This document shows positions 41,061-52,185 of a stretch of DNA of 64,000 nt, one piece after another (within the stretch, counting starts at the first letter, position 1; the number at the start of each line of letters is the position of its first letter). The stretch is from a virus. The notes beneath the pieces are model-generated. The model saw only the letters and a program-made list of their open reading frames with translations. It was not told the DNA's origin and did not search any database. Location: positions 1 to 64,000 of the IMG/VR virus record IMGVR_UViG_3300033145_001156. One strand, given 5' to 3'. Both the position numbers and the translations under genes were made by a program.

Positions 41061-42425
41061 ATGAAAATCTCTGAACTGGAGGAGGCGGTCATCGCGGCCT
41101 GCATGGCCGACCCGGAGGCGATGGCGGAGGCGGCGTCGAGCCTTCCGGAGGACAGGTTCGGGACTCACCAGGAGGTCTATTCGGCCATGCTGGAGATGTT
41201 CTTCGCCGGTGGCGGGATCGACCTGATAGGGCTGGCGAAGCAGATCGGGCCTGACCTGGACTCGGTCGGCGGGGTCCCGAAGCTGCGCTACCTCAAGCGG
41301 TCGATGGAGAGGCTGGACGTGAGGCCGGGCGGCTGGCGGAGCTGGATCAAGCTCGTGGGCGGGGCTGGCCAGTTGAGGCAGATGGCCCTGTTCGTGGATG
41401 GGTACCACGAGAAGCTGTCCGACCTCGACAGGGCGCTGATGGAGATACGGGACGTTGAGCAGTTCATGTCCGCGTTCTCGACCAAGTTCCAGGCGTCCCT
41501 GGGGGGTGACAGTGGCGGGCTTCGTCCGATAGGCGAGTTCGTCGAGGAGTGGAAGGGCATCATCGGCGACAAGCTGGCTGGGAAGGTCGTGGACAGGATC
41601 CCGACTGGCTGGCCGACGTTCGACTCGGTATTCGGGGGGTTCCCGATGCCGGGCCTGGTCATATTCGCGGGGCTGCCGGGGACCGGCAAGACTCAGTTCG
41701 CCATACAGGTCGCCGTGGACATCGCCCGGAGGATAAGGGACACGGGGCAGAAGGGCTGCGTGGGGATATTCTCGATAGAGATGAAGGGCAGCTCCTTGGT
41801 CAACAGGATCATCTGCGCGGACATGGGGCTGGACACGAGGAAGATCAATTCATGCCTGGAGGACTGGCGGGCATCCAGGCTGTACGAGGCGGGCGACGGG
41901 CTGGCCGCGCTGCCTTTGTACGTCGACCCTTCAGACATGGTGACTTCCGAGATGATCTCCTACCGGGCCGCCGCACTCCACATGAGGCACGGACCCTTGA
42001 GATTCCTGGTCATCGACTTCGCAGAGCTCATCGGAGACAAGCGCATGGAGTCTGAGGAGCTGAGGGTGTCTGGGATATACCGGAATGCGACCTCGCTGTC
42101 GAAGACACTCGACATGACCGTCATGCTGCTGGCGCAGTACAACCGGGGGGTCGCTGCGAGGGACACTAAGCTGGGGGGGAACTCCGACATACGGTACTCG
42201 TCCTTCGCGGAGATAACGGCGTCGATGATACTCCACGGCTACAACCCGGTGCAACTGCGAAAGATGGGGGTCAGCCTGAGGACGCCGAAGGACTATCCCG
42301 GCATAGAAGGTAGGGCATATGTGTTCTGCGGCAAGCATCGCGAGGGGCCGACAGGCATCATAGAGCTGGACTGGAACCCGAGTTCGACGTTCTGGTCGGA
42401 CCCGCAATCGGAGGGGGCATTTTGA
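41061..42425 (+). CDS. dnaB: DnaB-like replicative helicase
   Basis: IPTGW..FD, GLPGTGKT, IFSIEM, LVIDF, LAQYNR, KHREGPTG. Confidence 0.92.
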   Translation: MKISELEEAVIAACMADPEAMAEAASSLPEDRFGTHQEVYSAMLEMFFAGGGIDLIGLAKQIGPDLDSVGGVPKLRYLKRSMERLDVRPGGWRSWIKLVGGAGQLRQMALFVDGYHEKLSDLDRALMEIRDVEQFMSAFSTKFQASLGGDSGGLRPIGEFVEEWKGIIGDKLAGKVVDRIPTGWPTFDSVFGGFPMPGLVIFAGLPGTGKTQFAIQVAVDIARRIRDTGQKGCVGIFSIEMKGSSLVNRIICADMGLDTRKINSCLEDWRASRLYEAGDGLAALPLYVDPSDMVTSEMISYRAAALHMRHGPLRFLVIDFAELIGDKRMESEELRVSGIYRNATSLSKTLDMTVMLLAQYNRGVAARDTKLGGNSDIRYSSFAEITASMILHGYNPVQLRKMGVSLRTPKDYPGIEGRAYVFCGKHREGPTGIIELDWNPSSTFWSDPQSEGAF

Positions 42426-42925
42426 TGATCAAGGGAGAGTTCCATAACGTAGACATCAACTTGGGATACGAAAGGCTCGCGAAGGCTATCGTCGTGGGTG
42501 GGCTGCGAGGGTGGAATTACAAGTTCCTCGCCTCCGACTGGTGCTTGGACTTGTGCCTGATGGTGGACTGGGACAGGGACGAGCTGGTGCGGAAGCTGAG
42601 GAAGGTTGAGAAGCGGGAAGGGCCGTGCTGGTGGAAGCTGCGGCGGACATGCGATGACTGTGAGAAGCCGATAGCCGACTGGAACAAGTCTGGATACTGC
42701 AAACTTTGCGCAAAGTCTCACAGGAAGCGTAATGACCATAACTATGGCAGGGCCAGGATGTGTCTGAAGTGTGGTGGGCGAATAACCAATAACGCGAGAT
42801 TATGCAGGACGTGCGAGAACAAGAGGAGGAGAAGTGCTGGACTTGACGGTGGCGGACAGGCAGTTGGCGTTCACGAAAACTGTGTTGGGGAGGATGGAGG
42901 AGTTCGAACACAAGGACATAATTGA
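42422..42925 (+). CDS. Zinc-finger hypothetical protein
   Basis: Several CxxC pairs. Confidence 0.55.
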   Translation: MMIKGEFHNVDINLGYERLAKAIVVGGLRGWNYKFLASDWCLDLCLMVDWDRDELVRKLRKVEKREGPCWWKLRRTCDDCEKPIADWNKSGYCKLCAKSHRKRNDHNYGRARMCLKCGGRITNNARLCRTCENKRRRSAGLDGGGQAVGVHENCVGEDGGVRTQGHN

Positions 42926-43532
42926 GGCGACCAGGGTGCAATGCGGACTCCTGTCCGATTGGAAGACTGTCGAGCGGAAGGCCGCGTTGAACATGATGAT
43001 CGGCGTCTACACGCTGGATTTGTTGTGGCGGGAGCTGGGGAGCGATGACGTGTACTCGTTCTATGAGCAGGCTCCATGGTGTCCGATAGAAGAGTTCAAC
43101 TACTCGTTCGAGCAGTTCATGGACAGGGCCTTCGAGCTGGACTGGGCCACGGTGAGGAACTGGTGCAGGGTGGCGGACACGTGGCTCATCAATCCCCCCA
43201 TGATTGAGTTCAAGCCGGAGGAGGTAGAGCCTTCCAAGCTCTTGCTGTTCACAGCAAAGGAGCGCAAGGGGGAGATGACGGAGGAGGACTACGAGGTGCT
43301 GGGGAGCGGGTGCTCGTGGAGGAAGATGCGGCAGCACCTCTTGGTGAGCAGGCACGGGGAGAGCCCGATGAACGACAGGGTCATCATCCTGGACGGGGGG
43401 ATACTGTGGGCAAAGGACGGCAGGGGACCGAGGGTCGCGATAGGGAGTTTAGAAGTCGATGAAGAGGATGATCTTATAAGATGGGGGGTAGAGCGGATCG
43501 TTAAGGCGGCGGGTGTGAAGATAAGGGGATGA
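42834..43532 (+). CDS. Hypothetical protein
   Basis: ORF track; AGGAG RBS before GTG. Confidence 0.65.
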   Translation: MLDLTVADRQLAFTKTVLGRMEEFEHKDIIEATRVQCGLLSDWKTVERKAALNMMIGVYTLDLLWRELGSDDVYSFYEQAPWCPIEEFNYSFEQFMDRAFELDWATVRNWCRVADTWLINPPMIEFKPEEVEPSKLLLFTAKERKGEMTEEDYEVLGSGCSWRKMRQHLLVSRHGESPMNDRVIILDGGILWAKDGRGPRVAIGSLEVDEEDDLIRWGVERIVKAAGVKIRG

Positions 43533-44610
43533 GACTGGGGCCATATCTTTTGGGATAGAGCGGACGAGGCTGGTTTTCATGGCTGTCTAAGGCCGCTAGG
43601 AACTATTCTCTTTGGAAAGTAGAGAGCTTGGAGAAGTTAGTTAGGTAATAAGTGTTAGTTTACGAGAGCAGCGGGACGTAGAAGGAAGGAGATGAAATAA
43701 TGTTGGAAGTGTTGGAAGTAGAGAGGTTTTTCCAGGTGGTTGGAATGTGCGTTGTGTTTGGTGGGCTGATTTGGGTTTTCGGGTCAGTCGTAGTTGATAT
43801 ATGGAGAGGCAAAGCATGACTCAGAAAGAAAGGACGGCGGACATGGGAGAAGAGGGTGTGAATCGGAAGTCGTTGAGGTTGTATGGTTATGAGGTGGCGA
43901 GAGACTATGGCATGCGGGTTAGATCATCATCTGATGCTGTGTATTTACACTTATGTGACATAGCCAACGACGACAAGCTATACGTGACGCGCATAACGTT
44001 GTTTAGGTTACAAGAGATCATTGCTGACGCGATGCAGCTATTCAAGCAGGCAGACGAGGTAGAAAAAGCACAAATAGCTGAACGAGAAGAGGTGAGTGTG
44101 CTAGAATAGGTTGGTTAGGCGAACTGGTTAATTGGTTGACATTGACGATAAGCATGAATGGACTTTGCGCAAAGCGCAAGAAGGGATTAAACCGTGAGGA
44201 TTGAGACTAGATTTATAAACCAGCTTTTGAATCAAATACAAAAGAGTAGATTCTATGATGGAAGCTATACTTACGTAGACCCTCTCTTATTGGTTCGTCA
44301 CAAGTTGGAATGCCTACGGGATGGCCGAGAGTGTAATCCTCTTAATGATTATGATGCCAGACTGTTGTTGAGGGCCATTAGGACAAATAGGGATCACGTT
44401 ATAGAACATGATCGGTCCGAAGCGATAGAAAAGCTGCTTGACAAGATGTACCAAATTTGTGTTCATGGTGAGTGGGCGCATCCTGGGGGAATCGTTGGCG
44501 ATCCCCGGGCGGAGGGCGCGGGTTGAGCCAGCATAAGTAGTGCATATGGTTCTAATCCGTTTTCTGCGAAGAGACTGGATGGAATACAGAAGAAGTTATT
44601 TGAGTAACCC

Positions 44611-44639
44611 TTGACAATTCGGGGTATTTGTATTATAAT
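44611..44639 (+). promoter_or_regulatory. Consensus sigma70 promoter (AACCCTTGACAA family)
   Basis: TTGACA-17-TATAAT. Confidence 0.9.
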
Positions 44640-44873
44640 TCAGGCAAGGAGGTGGAGATATGACTCACAAGGTGATATACAAGATGAACCTGAGGGGGGA
44701 CGGGCGATTGGTGGAGTTCCTTCAGCCCTTCCTGGCCAGTTACGTCGAGGAGAAGCTGACCCTGGGCAGGGCGAGGAAGTTCAAGTCTGCGCTGGAGATC
44801 ATCTTCGGAGACGCCGTGACCGTCCAGACGGCCAGCCTGCCGATCAGCATCAAGATTCTGTAATGCTCTTCAC

Positions 44874-45179
44874 GTGAAAAAGTGGCAGAAGAGGATCTGG
44901 CAGGAGGTCATCGACCGGGATGAGGGGTTGTGCTTATACTGCGGAAGGCAGGGATGTCAGGTCCATCATGTCACGCCACGGTTGCGCTATGGTAAAGAGG
45001 GCAAGAGGAAGGGCGGCCCATTGTGGCAGTTGAAGAACATGTGCTGTGTGTGTTTCAGGTGCAACGTGGAGGCGCACACGAGGGGGATGAGGATCAGGGC
45101 CATGGAGATTCTGCACCAGCGATTCGAATATGACTACTCTGACGGGCCATGGGCGGAATATGGGGTGGGCGATGGATGA
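44874..45179 (+). CDS. Small HNH endonuclease
   Basis: RDEGLCLYCG...QVHHV...NMCCVCFRCN..AH. Confidence 0.8.
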   Translation: MKKWQKRIWQEVIDRDEGLCLYCGRQGCQVHHVTPRLRYGKEGKRKGGPLWQLKNMCCVCFRCNVEAHTRGMRIRAMEILHQRFEYDYSDGPWAEYGVGDG

Positions 45180-45448
45180 CAAGGACTTCCGGGAGATTGA
45201 TGCTTATCTCATTTTCCAAAGGAAGTTAGCGGAGGAGACGGAGAATGCTGGCAAGATGGTGGCGGGGTTTTTCAACACCCTCGTTCAGCATGGCGTACCA
45301 GAACAATGGGCAGCATACATGACCTCATTCTACTTTTGGGCACTGACGCAGAAGGGGAAATGAGCGGAGACCGGTTCGACTTGGTTGGGGGCTTCCTGAT
45401 CTTGATGCTCGCAGTCGTGGTGGTGTTGGCGATATGGGGAGGTTGCAG

Positions 45449-45514
45449 ATGAGAGAACTGCCGATCTTGCTTAATGGCGAAATGGTACGGGCGACGATGG
45501 AGGGGCGCACTTGA
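45449..45514 (+). pseudogene. Orphaned 5' end of the ASCH-like gene, cut off by the LAGLIDADG insertion
   Basis: MRELPILLNGEMVRATMEGRT* with GGAGG RBS; aligns to N-terminus of 46354 gene; stop lies within a TTGACA. Confidence 0.8.
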
Positions 45515-45539
45515 CAACTAGAGTAGTCTGTACTATACT
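45511..45539 (+). promoter_or_regulatory. sigma70 promoter of the LAGLIDADG gene
   Basis: TTGACA-17-TATACT. Confidence 0.85.
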
Positions 45540-45577
45540 ATACCTGAGAATGTTTAGTCCATGAGGAGGTATAGGGC

Positions 45578-46369
45578 ATGATTAACTGGCAGGATAAGGA
45601 CTGGTCATATTTACTAGGCGTTATACATGGCGATGGATGTATCGCCCCGCGCAGCATAAATATTGCTGTAGGATATGGTGATCGGGACTACGCAGATGTG
45701 TTAATGTCTTTATGGGAATCGTTGGGATATTTTCCCAAGTTGTACCGCCCACGCTCTGCACTTAGGGTAAGCGTTCACAGCAAAGTGTTGCGTGATGAGA
45801 TAGCGCCATTCAAGCAGAAAGGTATTTGGTCATGGCCGGAAGGGTTGCAGGAGTCGGAATATCTTTCTGGGGTATTCGACTCTGATGGATGGGCATCTTT
45901 GGCGGGCGGTAGTAAGAAGATTGGTATTACACTCAAACGGAGCGGAAATCTTAAGAGACTAGCTGCCTACCTGGGTCATTTGGGAATTCCTAGAGTAACC
46001 GTTCAAAATAGAGTAACAAGCTATAAGGGTCGCCCCTACGAAATAGAGAGAATACTCATTTGTGATTCAGCAAGGATTGTTCAGCTCGGAGCCTTGTTGA
46101 ATTTTCGTAATGCTAGAAAGGCAGGCATGTTTGATGCGGTTTATCAACATGCTAAGAACTATTTGAATCGGGTCCCACTGTGGCGCGAGGTAGGATTATG
46201 GCTAATGGAAGAGTCTAGAGATTGGCGCGAAATTGCCAAGAAGTTTAATTTGTCGAAGGCTCAAGTTGATAGTGTCCTGCAGAACTTACGCCAGAACGCA
46301 GACGTTCAGACAACGCCCCAGGTAGTAATCTTGACGAAATACGAGGTGAGGGAGTGGCGAGACAAATAA
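45578..46369 (+). CDS. Free-standing double-motif LAGLIDADG homing endonuclease with C-terminal HTH
   Basis: YLLGVIHGDG and YLSGVFDSDG; WREIAKKFNLSKAQV. Confidence 0.9.
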   Translation: MINWQDKDWSYLLGVIHGDGCIAPRSINIAVGYGDRDYADVLMSLWESLGYFPKLYRPRSALRVSVHSKVLRDEIAPFKQKGIWSWPEGLQESEYLSGVFDSDGWASLAGGSKKIGITLKRSGNLKRLAAYLGHLGIPRVTVQNRVTSYKGRPYEIERILICDSARIVQLGALLNFRNARKAGMFDAVYQHAKNYLNRVPLWREVGLWLMEESRDWREIAKKFNLSKAQVDSVLQNLRQNADVQTTPQVVILTKYEVREWRDK

Positions 46370-46986
46370 GAGAACTTCCCGTGTTAATGAATAGCTCTAT
46401 GACTATAGCGACAATGGCCAGGACGAAGACGATGACTCGCAGGCCGATGAGGCCGCAGCCTGAACATGATGCGCGATACACTCACCAGCCCCAGCGGTTG
46501 GTTTGGAGGGCGCGTAGTGGATGGGAAGGCATCATGTGGGAGCCGTGGAAGCTAGGACATCCCCGGCCAGGATATGAGCACGTTGCCAAGCAGGGGCCAT
46601 ACGGAGTCCCCGGCGACTTCCTCTATGTGCGGGAGACGTGCCGGGCTGAGGAGCTTGAAAGCGGCCTCGACGGTATACGTTACTTGGCCGACAATGCCTT
46701 CATCGAAATCGAGGATAGTCTAGAAGCGGGCAAGCGCTGGAGCCAGATGTACCATTATCGAGGGGGCGAGGGGCTGACTATTCCCAGTATCCACATACCC
46801 AAGTGGGCCACACGGACGTGGCTGGTGAATACGGGCGTGGGAGTGGAGCGCGGGCCAGAGATCACGGAAGCCGATGCGAGGGCCGAGGGGTTCGAGAGCG
46901 CCGACGCGTTCATGATCTGGTGGGAGAATCAATACCCTGGAATGGACTGGCGGTTCGTGACTAGCTACGAGGTGATAGAGCGATGA
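46354..46986 (+). CDS. ASCH/PUA-like phage protein with replaced N-terminus
   Basis: KTMTRR, PYGVPGDFLYVRET, PSIHIPKWA, ITEADARAEGF. Confidence 0.8.
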   Translation: MARQIRELPVLMNSSMTIATMARTKTMTRRPMRPQPEHDARYTHQPQRLVWRARSGWEGIMWEPWKLGHPRPGYEHVAKQGPYGVPGDFLYVRETCRAEELESGLDGIRYLADNAFIEIEDSLEAGKRWSQMYHYRGGEGLTIPSIHIPKWATRTWLVNTGVGVERGPEITEADARAEGFESADAFMIWWENQYPGMDWRFVTSYEVIER

Positions 46987-47414
46987 GAGATGATCTTGGA
47001 CGTACGACATGGCCCGACAAGGTGCGAGCAGAGCGCGACAAATACGGGGAGTTCATCGAGCGGCTGGCGCGGACGGGACTAAAATGGCGACTTGACAATC
47101 CATCTTACTGGTACTGTCCGCACTGTGACGGCGGGGTAGTCCGTTCTGGCATAGGGCTCACCCACGAAGGCAACTGCCCCGTCGTCGAAGCTCGCCGTCT
47201 CTTGGGCTGGCCCGTGGATGAGCGGGGGAATCTGGAGTGATGATGACAATAAATGAATTCGTATGCAACGGGATCGACAGGCTCATGGCAGACGCGGCAG
47301 CGCAAGCATCTGAGTTCACGGATGCTAGCAGTGCGTTGGCAATAGCGTTCCTCGACGCGCCGGACACGTTGCGGAGGGCCTGGCATGACTGGCTAGTGAG
47401 CGAGGAGGAGAACG

Positions 47415-48382
47415 ATGAGTGAGCGAACAGCATCTGAGATTCGGACGTATTGTGAGGCGGCAAGCGAGGGGCCGTGGCACAAAAACGGATTCCTGCCGCA
47501 ACGGGCATATAACGGGGCTAGTCAATGTGTTCTCGTTGCTCCTGCACGAATCTTTGTTCGTAGCGAAGTAGCCATCGCCGAAGCAAACCTCGCATTTTGC
47601 GTCAACGCCCGCGTCGACCTGCCCCGCGTGTTGGAGGTAGCGGTGAAGCTGCGAGAGATGGCAGAGTTTGCTTGTGAGCTTGCCGACGACGATGTGGACT
47701 GGGATGCAGTGAACGTGTTGCTAGACGAAACTAGGTGGCTAGCGGAGGATACCGATGGAGATGAGTGAGCGGACGGCGGCACAAATCCGCGCGTACCTGG
47801 CAGAGGATATGAAGCTGCACAACTTCCTGGCATTGGTGGAAGTGGACATGCCGCGATTGCTGGAGGCGGCAGTGAAGTTGCGGGAGGCGCGATTGAGTGA
47901 TCGGCGTTGTATTATTGGCACTGCTTTCTATTCCCCGCTTTCTGAAGAGAAAATTGAGCGTCTGGCACAGCAAGATACCCTTTTGATCGAAACCGCATGG
48001 CTAGCAGAGGGGGATACTGATGGAGGCACCTGAGCGGATCTACTTGCAAGCGAGCATGACGGAAGAGGATGACGACTGGGATGACGAGGTTGGAGTGACT
48101 TGGTGCGTTGACAGGATCAATGATACCGATGTTGAATATGTGCGGCGGGACGTGGCGGCGAAGCTGAGGGCGGCGCTTGCGCACTATCGTCTCACGGTTT
48201 CGGCGTATCATGGCAAATGCGCGGATCTCTTTGCCGAAACCGCATGGCTGGCAGATTCACCGGAAGCGGCAGTTTCACTAAACGCTGAAAACGGAGAGGA
48301 GAGTGAAGGCCACGTGCTGGCAGATGGTAAGCTGCATGATGGCATATCGACGACGGGACAATGGGGGGAGGGTGAAGCGTGA
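47415..48382 (+). other. Three tandem related small CDSs (47415..47768, 47755..48033, 48020..48382)
   Basis: Shared MSERTA..IR.Y, VD.PR.LE.AVKLRE and ET.WLA blocks. Confidence 0.65.
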
Positions 48383-49120
48383 CAGACTTGGAATCGGCAA
48401 TTTGGGGATTGGTGACAGAGAAGGAACTAAAAACGATCGGTGACCAGAAGCAGTTAGTGCGAGATATCGTAGCGCTATTCCCGCCGCAAAATCTGACACA
48501 TTACGCTCTTCGGGGTATCGTGGAGCAACTGCGGCTTTGCGGGTACGAATGTGAAGCTGGGCCGCTGATACTCAATACGGCATTTATAGCACTAGAGGAA
48601 TTGTCTCGCCAGGGAGGAGAGTGAAACGTGCACAAGTGGCTGACGGCAGAAGAGATTGAGTGTATGGAAGAGACCTTGGTAGGTTTGGAAGAGCGACTTA
48701 TCGCTGCTCCCCTTTTTGCGCCTGATATGCGACGTCTCATAGCCGACCGTCGAGAGACGCGGAAACTGCTTAGGCGCGTTGTGTTCGGAGATATATTCAT
48801 GGATTTGAGGCTAGCGCTAAGTGACATAAGCGATATGTTGGAGGCAACCGCCGATGACTAACTGGCAAAAGTGTCCTGATTGCGGTAAGGTTTGCGCGAA
48901 GCTAAGAATATGGGGTAACATCTTAGTTGGGTATTGTCTGGGCTGTGACCTCAAGTGGTGGGGTATGTTGGGTACGGAGCACCTGATAGGCAGGAAAGGC
49001 GGGAAGAAAGATGACTGACGCTGAAAAGATGCTTCTGAAGAAGCTACGCGTGCTCCTGGTGGAAATGATTCACTTGATTGACGCGCGGCTATCGATGGCA
49101 AGCGCCGGGGGGTAGCACAA

Positions 49121-49579
49121 ATGACTGATGCACAGATGCTCCAGACAATCACAACAATGCTGACAGGCCCACCTTCCAGCCTGGTGATAATCATGGCGAT
49201 TGGGGCGGCGGCGCGGTTGCATGGCCTAGACGGCTTGATGTACTACCGCCAGATATGGGCCGAATCCAGGTTCAATCCTGAAGCGGTCAACCCAAAGTCC
49301 GGCTGCCTTGGGCTGGGCCAGATGAATCCGAAGTTCTGGCCGGAGGCGACGACCGACGTGAAGGGCAATCTGAAATTGTCGGCAGGGTACATGGAGAACT
49401 TGTTGGAGCAATATGGGGGCAACTACGAAAAGGCACTGGCGGCATATAACTGGGGCCCTGCGAGAGTAGATTTTATGATTGACAAGTTCGCTGCTTATGG
49501 CGGCAGCTGGTATGCCGTCTTGCCCCAGGAGACGCAGAAGTACATCCGCTGGATCATGGAGGGGGATGGAGATGAGTGA
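49121..49579 (+). CDS. Lytic transglycosylase (SLT domain)
   Basis: AESRFNP.A, GCLGLGQ, ALAAYNWGP, ETQKYI. Confidence 0.9.
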   Translation: MTDAQMLQTITTMLTGPPSSLVIIMAIGAAARLHGLDGLMYYRQIWAESRFNPEAVNPKSGCLGLGQMNPKFWPEATTDVKGNLKLSAGYMENLLEQYGGNYEKALAAYNWGPARVDFMIDKFAAYGGSWYAVLPQETQKYIRWIMEGDGDE

Positions 49580-51696
49580 ACTGATTGATATAGTCAGGTG
49601 TCACAGGTGCAACAACAGGGCTATCGTGGCGGGACTCTGCGCTGGGTGCGCCAGCAAGGAGATCAAGCGGCTGCGCGAATCACTACGAGGGGCGCAAGAT
49701 AACGTGACGCGCCAGATCGAGGCAGTCAAGGATGCGGAGAGGGAGATCAAGCGCTTGCGGAAGATTGAGGCGGCACTGTTATTGCCTTGGCAAGTGGATG
49801 TTGACCCCAGGAAGGCCGCGATCACCTGGTATCGGAAAATGGCTCTTTATTCTGCCGGCGGCGACGCTCTGAGGGCGCAACGGTTCGCCATGGCCGATGC
49901 GCTGGAGGGGAAACCATGACAGATGCACTTCAATTAGAGCTACTCAATGCGCGCATCAAAACACTGGAAGCCGAAAATGCGTTGCTAGGTGCTCAGCATG
50001 ATGCCTATGAAGATTTCATATGGGCCGTATTAGGTATGTTCAGCGGAAAGAATATGGAGGCTTTCAAGGTATGGGTTGCTAATGTTCTCAAGTCTATTGA
50101 TGCGTTGCCGAATAGCGATAAGATTAGAGAGGCATTGGAGGCGAGATGAGCAAGGGCGGGTGGTTCGTGGCGGCATGCGCACTGGGGGTCTTGGGGTACG
50201 CACTCGTGTCGTGCGGGCTGTGGACGCTGGTGCGTTGACTAGAGCGCCGTTTTGTGGTAGAATTATGGGAGGGAAGGATGAAGCATTTCGTTGATGGGGA
50301 TCAGGTGGCGATCACGCTGGACGACTTTGTGGACTTGCAGCAATCGCCCGCCGTGTTCATTCCCGTGGACAGCGACGACGGGAGGGCCGTGATCGCTGGC
50401 GGGGTGGCGCAGTTGTCTGTGGGGCGGTTGAGCGAGATATTCAACGAATTGAGGACTTTGCGCGAAGCGCAGGAAGGGGATGGAAATGGGCGGGCAGGTC
50501 TTGAAGGTTAGGCGGTACAAGGCGGGGTACGAGGTTCGGACGATACATCATCCAGAAGAAGATTGCGGCGTTCCCGGCGGGATGGAGATGAAGTCCGCCT
50601 TCACGCCGGAAGGGTACTACATCGGCAATTCCAAGGATGCATACCGATTGATAGTCAAGCGGGGCATCAAGCCGGAACCCATGAAGCCGGATCGTCCGGA
50701 GGCTAACGGGGGTTGGGGGCGGACGTGTTCCATCGGGTTCTGTGAGCGCGACCAGAAGTGGTTCGGCTGGTCACACAGGGCTATCTACGGGTTCGGAATT
50801 GGCGCTAAGGTAAAAGAGGGGGACTGTGCTGCGAGTTCGGGATGGACTGACGAGTGGTTGGCAGAGTATCCTGAAGATGACCTTAGCTTACCAGTCGGAT
50901 TTGTCGCTGAGTCATTAGCTGATTGTAAACGAATGGCGATAGCGTTTGCGGAAAGTGTATCCTAGGACTTTGCGCAAAGTCTGGGGGAGCGACGGTCGGG
51001 GTTCGCAGGCATGGGTTCGACATGGAGTGGGCGCACCACAGGCACGGGGTCCGGGTGGGTGATGAGAGGGTGTCGGAGTACGTCGAGGATGTGCTCAGGC
51101 AGGTGAAGAGGAGCGGCAACGGATTCGTGGGGACGGGCGACTTGGCGGTGTACGGGTATCTGGCTGACGAGGCTGATCTGTATGTGCTCGTCATCCTTCA
51201 CGGGGCGGAGAGCTACTGCCTGGAGATGACGGCAGAGGCGGTTCATGCGAGACTCGTGGATTCAATGCCCTGATTGCAAGGGCCTTGGCAAGATTGACGG
51301 GAAGAAGTGTCCGCGCTGCGGGGGGAAGTTCTGCGTGAAGAAAGAGGAGGATTGAATGGAGACGTTCAAGTGCTACGTGTGCAAGGTGGAGGTCGAGGGA
51401 GGATACCACGTGTTCATGGAGGCCCGGAGCGCCAGGGAGAAGGACAGGTTCAGGGACGTGTGCGAGAAGTGCGTGCCGGGGGCGACCGAGTTCGACAGGT
51501 GTCTCAGTCCTGAAACGATAAAACAGATGCATGGGGAGTATGCGTCTGGGATGGGTCCGAGGGAGATCGAGCTGAGGGAGATGTTCCGGGAGGCGATGAA
51601 GATACTCCCTGACAGGGTGAGGCACGGGATCTACGAGGCGTATTGGGAGAAGTGCGAGAGGGTGCTGGGATGACCTTGCAGCAAAGGGAGTGAAGC

Positions 51697-52185
51697 ATGG
51701 CAACGTTGGGTGACCTCAGGCAGGACCCTAAAAATGCAAGAAAACATTCAGCGCGCGGTTTTGGGATGCTAGTCGATACTATCCAGGAAGTCGGCGCAGC
51801 ACGTTCCGGTGTGTGCGATGAGGACGGTGTGATCCTTGCGGGAAACTTGACCTGGGAAGCTATGGCTGAGGCTGGGATCAATAAGGTGAAGATCGTGGAC
51901 GCTGAGGGTGATGAATGGGTGGTCGTTCGGCGTAAAGGGCTGAGTAATAAACAGAAGGTCAAGCTGGCTGTGGGTGATAACCGGATCGGCGAATTGTCTG
52001 AGTGGGATGTGGATGTATTAGAGGGGCTGGACATTGACTTGGGCGATATGTGGTTCGACTCAGAGCTTGCAGAGATAGGACTAGTCGATCCGGCTGACGT
52101 GGTATTTCCAGAATATGATGAATCTATAGCTGGCGAGGTAGAATACATTGAATGCCCCGAATGCGGACACAAATGGCCCAAGTAG
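51697..52185 (+). CDS. ParB/Srx-like protein with C-terminal CPxCG
   Basis: DPKNARKH, ILAGN, GDNRIGELSEWD, CPECGHKW. Confidence 0.8.
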   Translation: MATLGDLRQDPKNARKHSARGFGMLVDTIQEVGAARSGVCDEDGVILAGNLTWEAMAEAGINKVKIVDAEGDEWVVVRRKGLSNKQKVKLAVGDNRIGELSEWDVDVLEGLDIDLGDMWFDSELAEIGLVDPADVVFPEYDESIAGEVEYIECPECGHKWPK

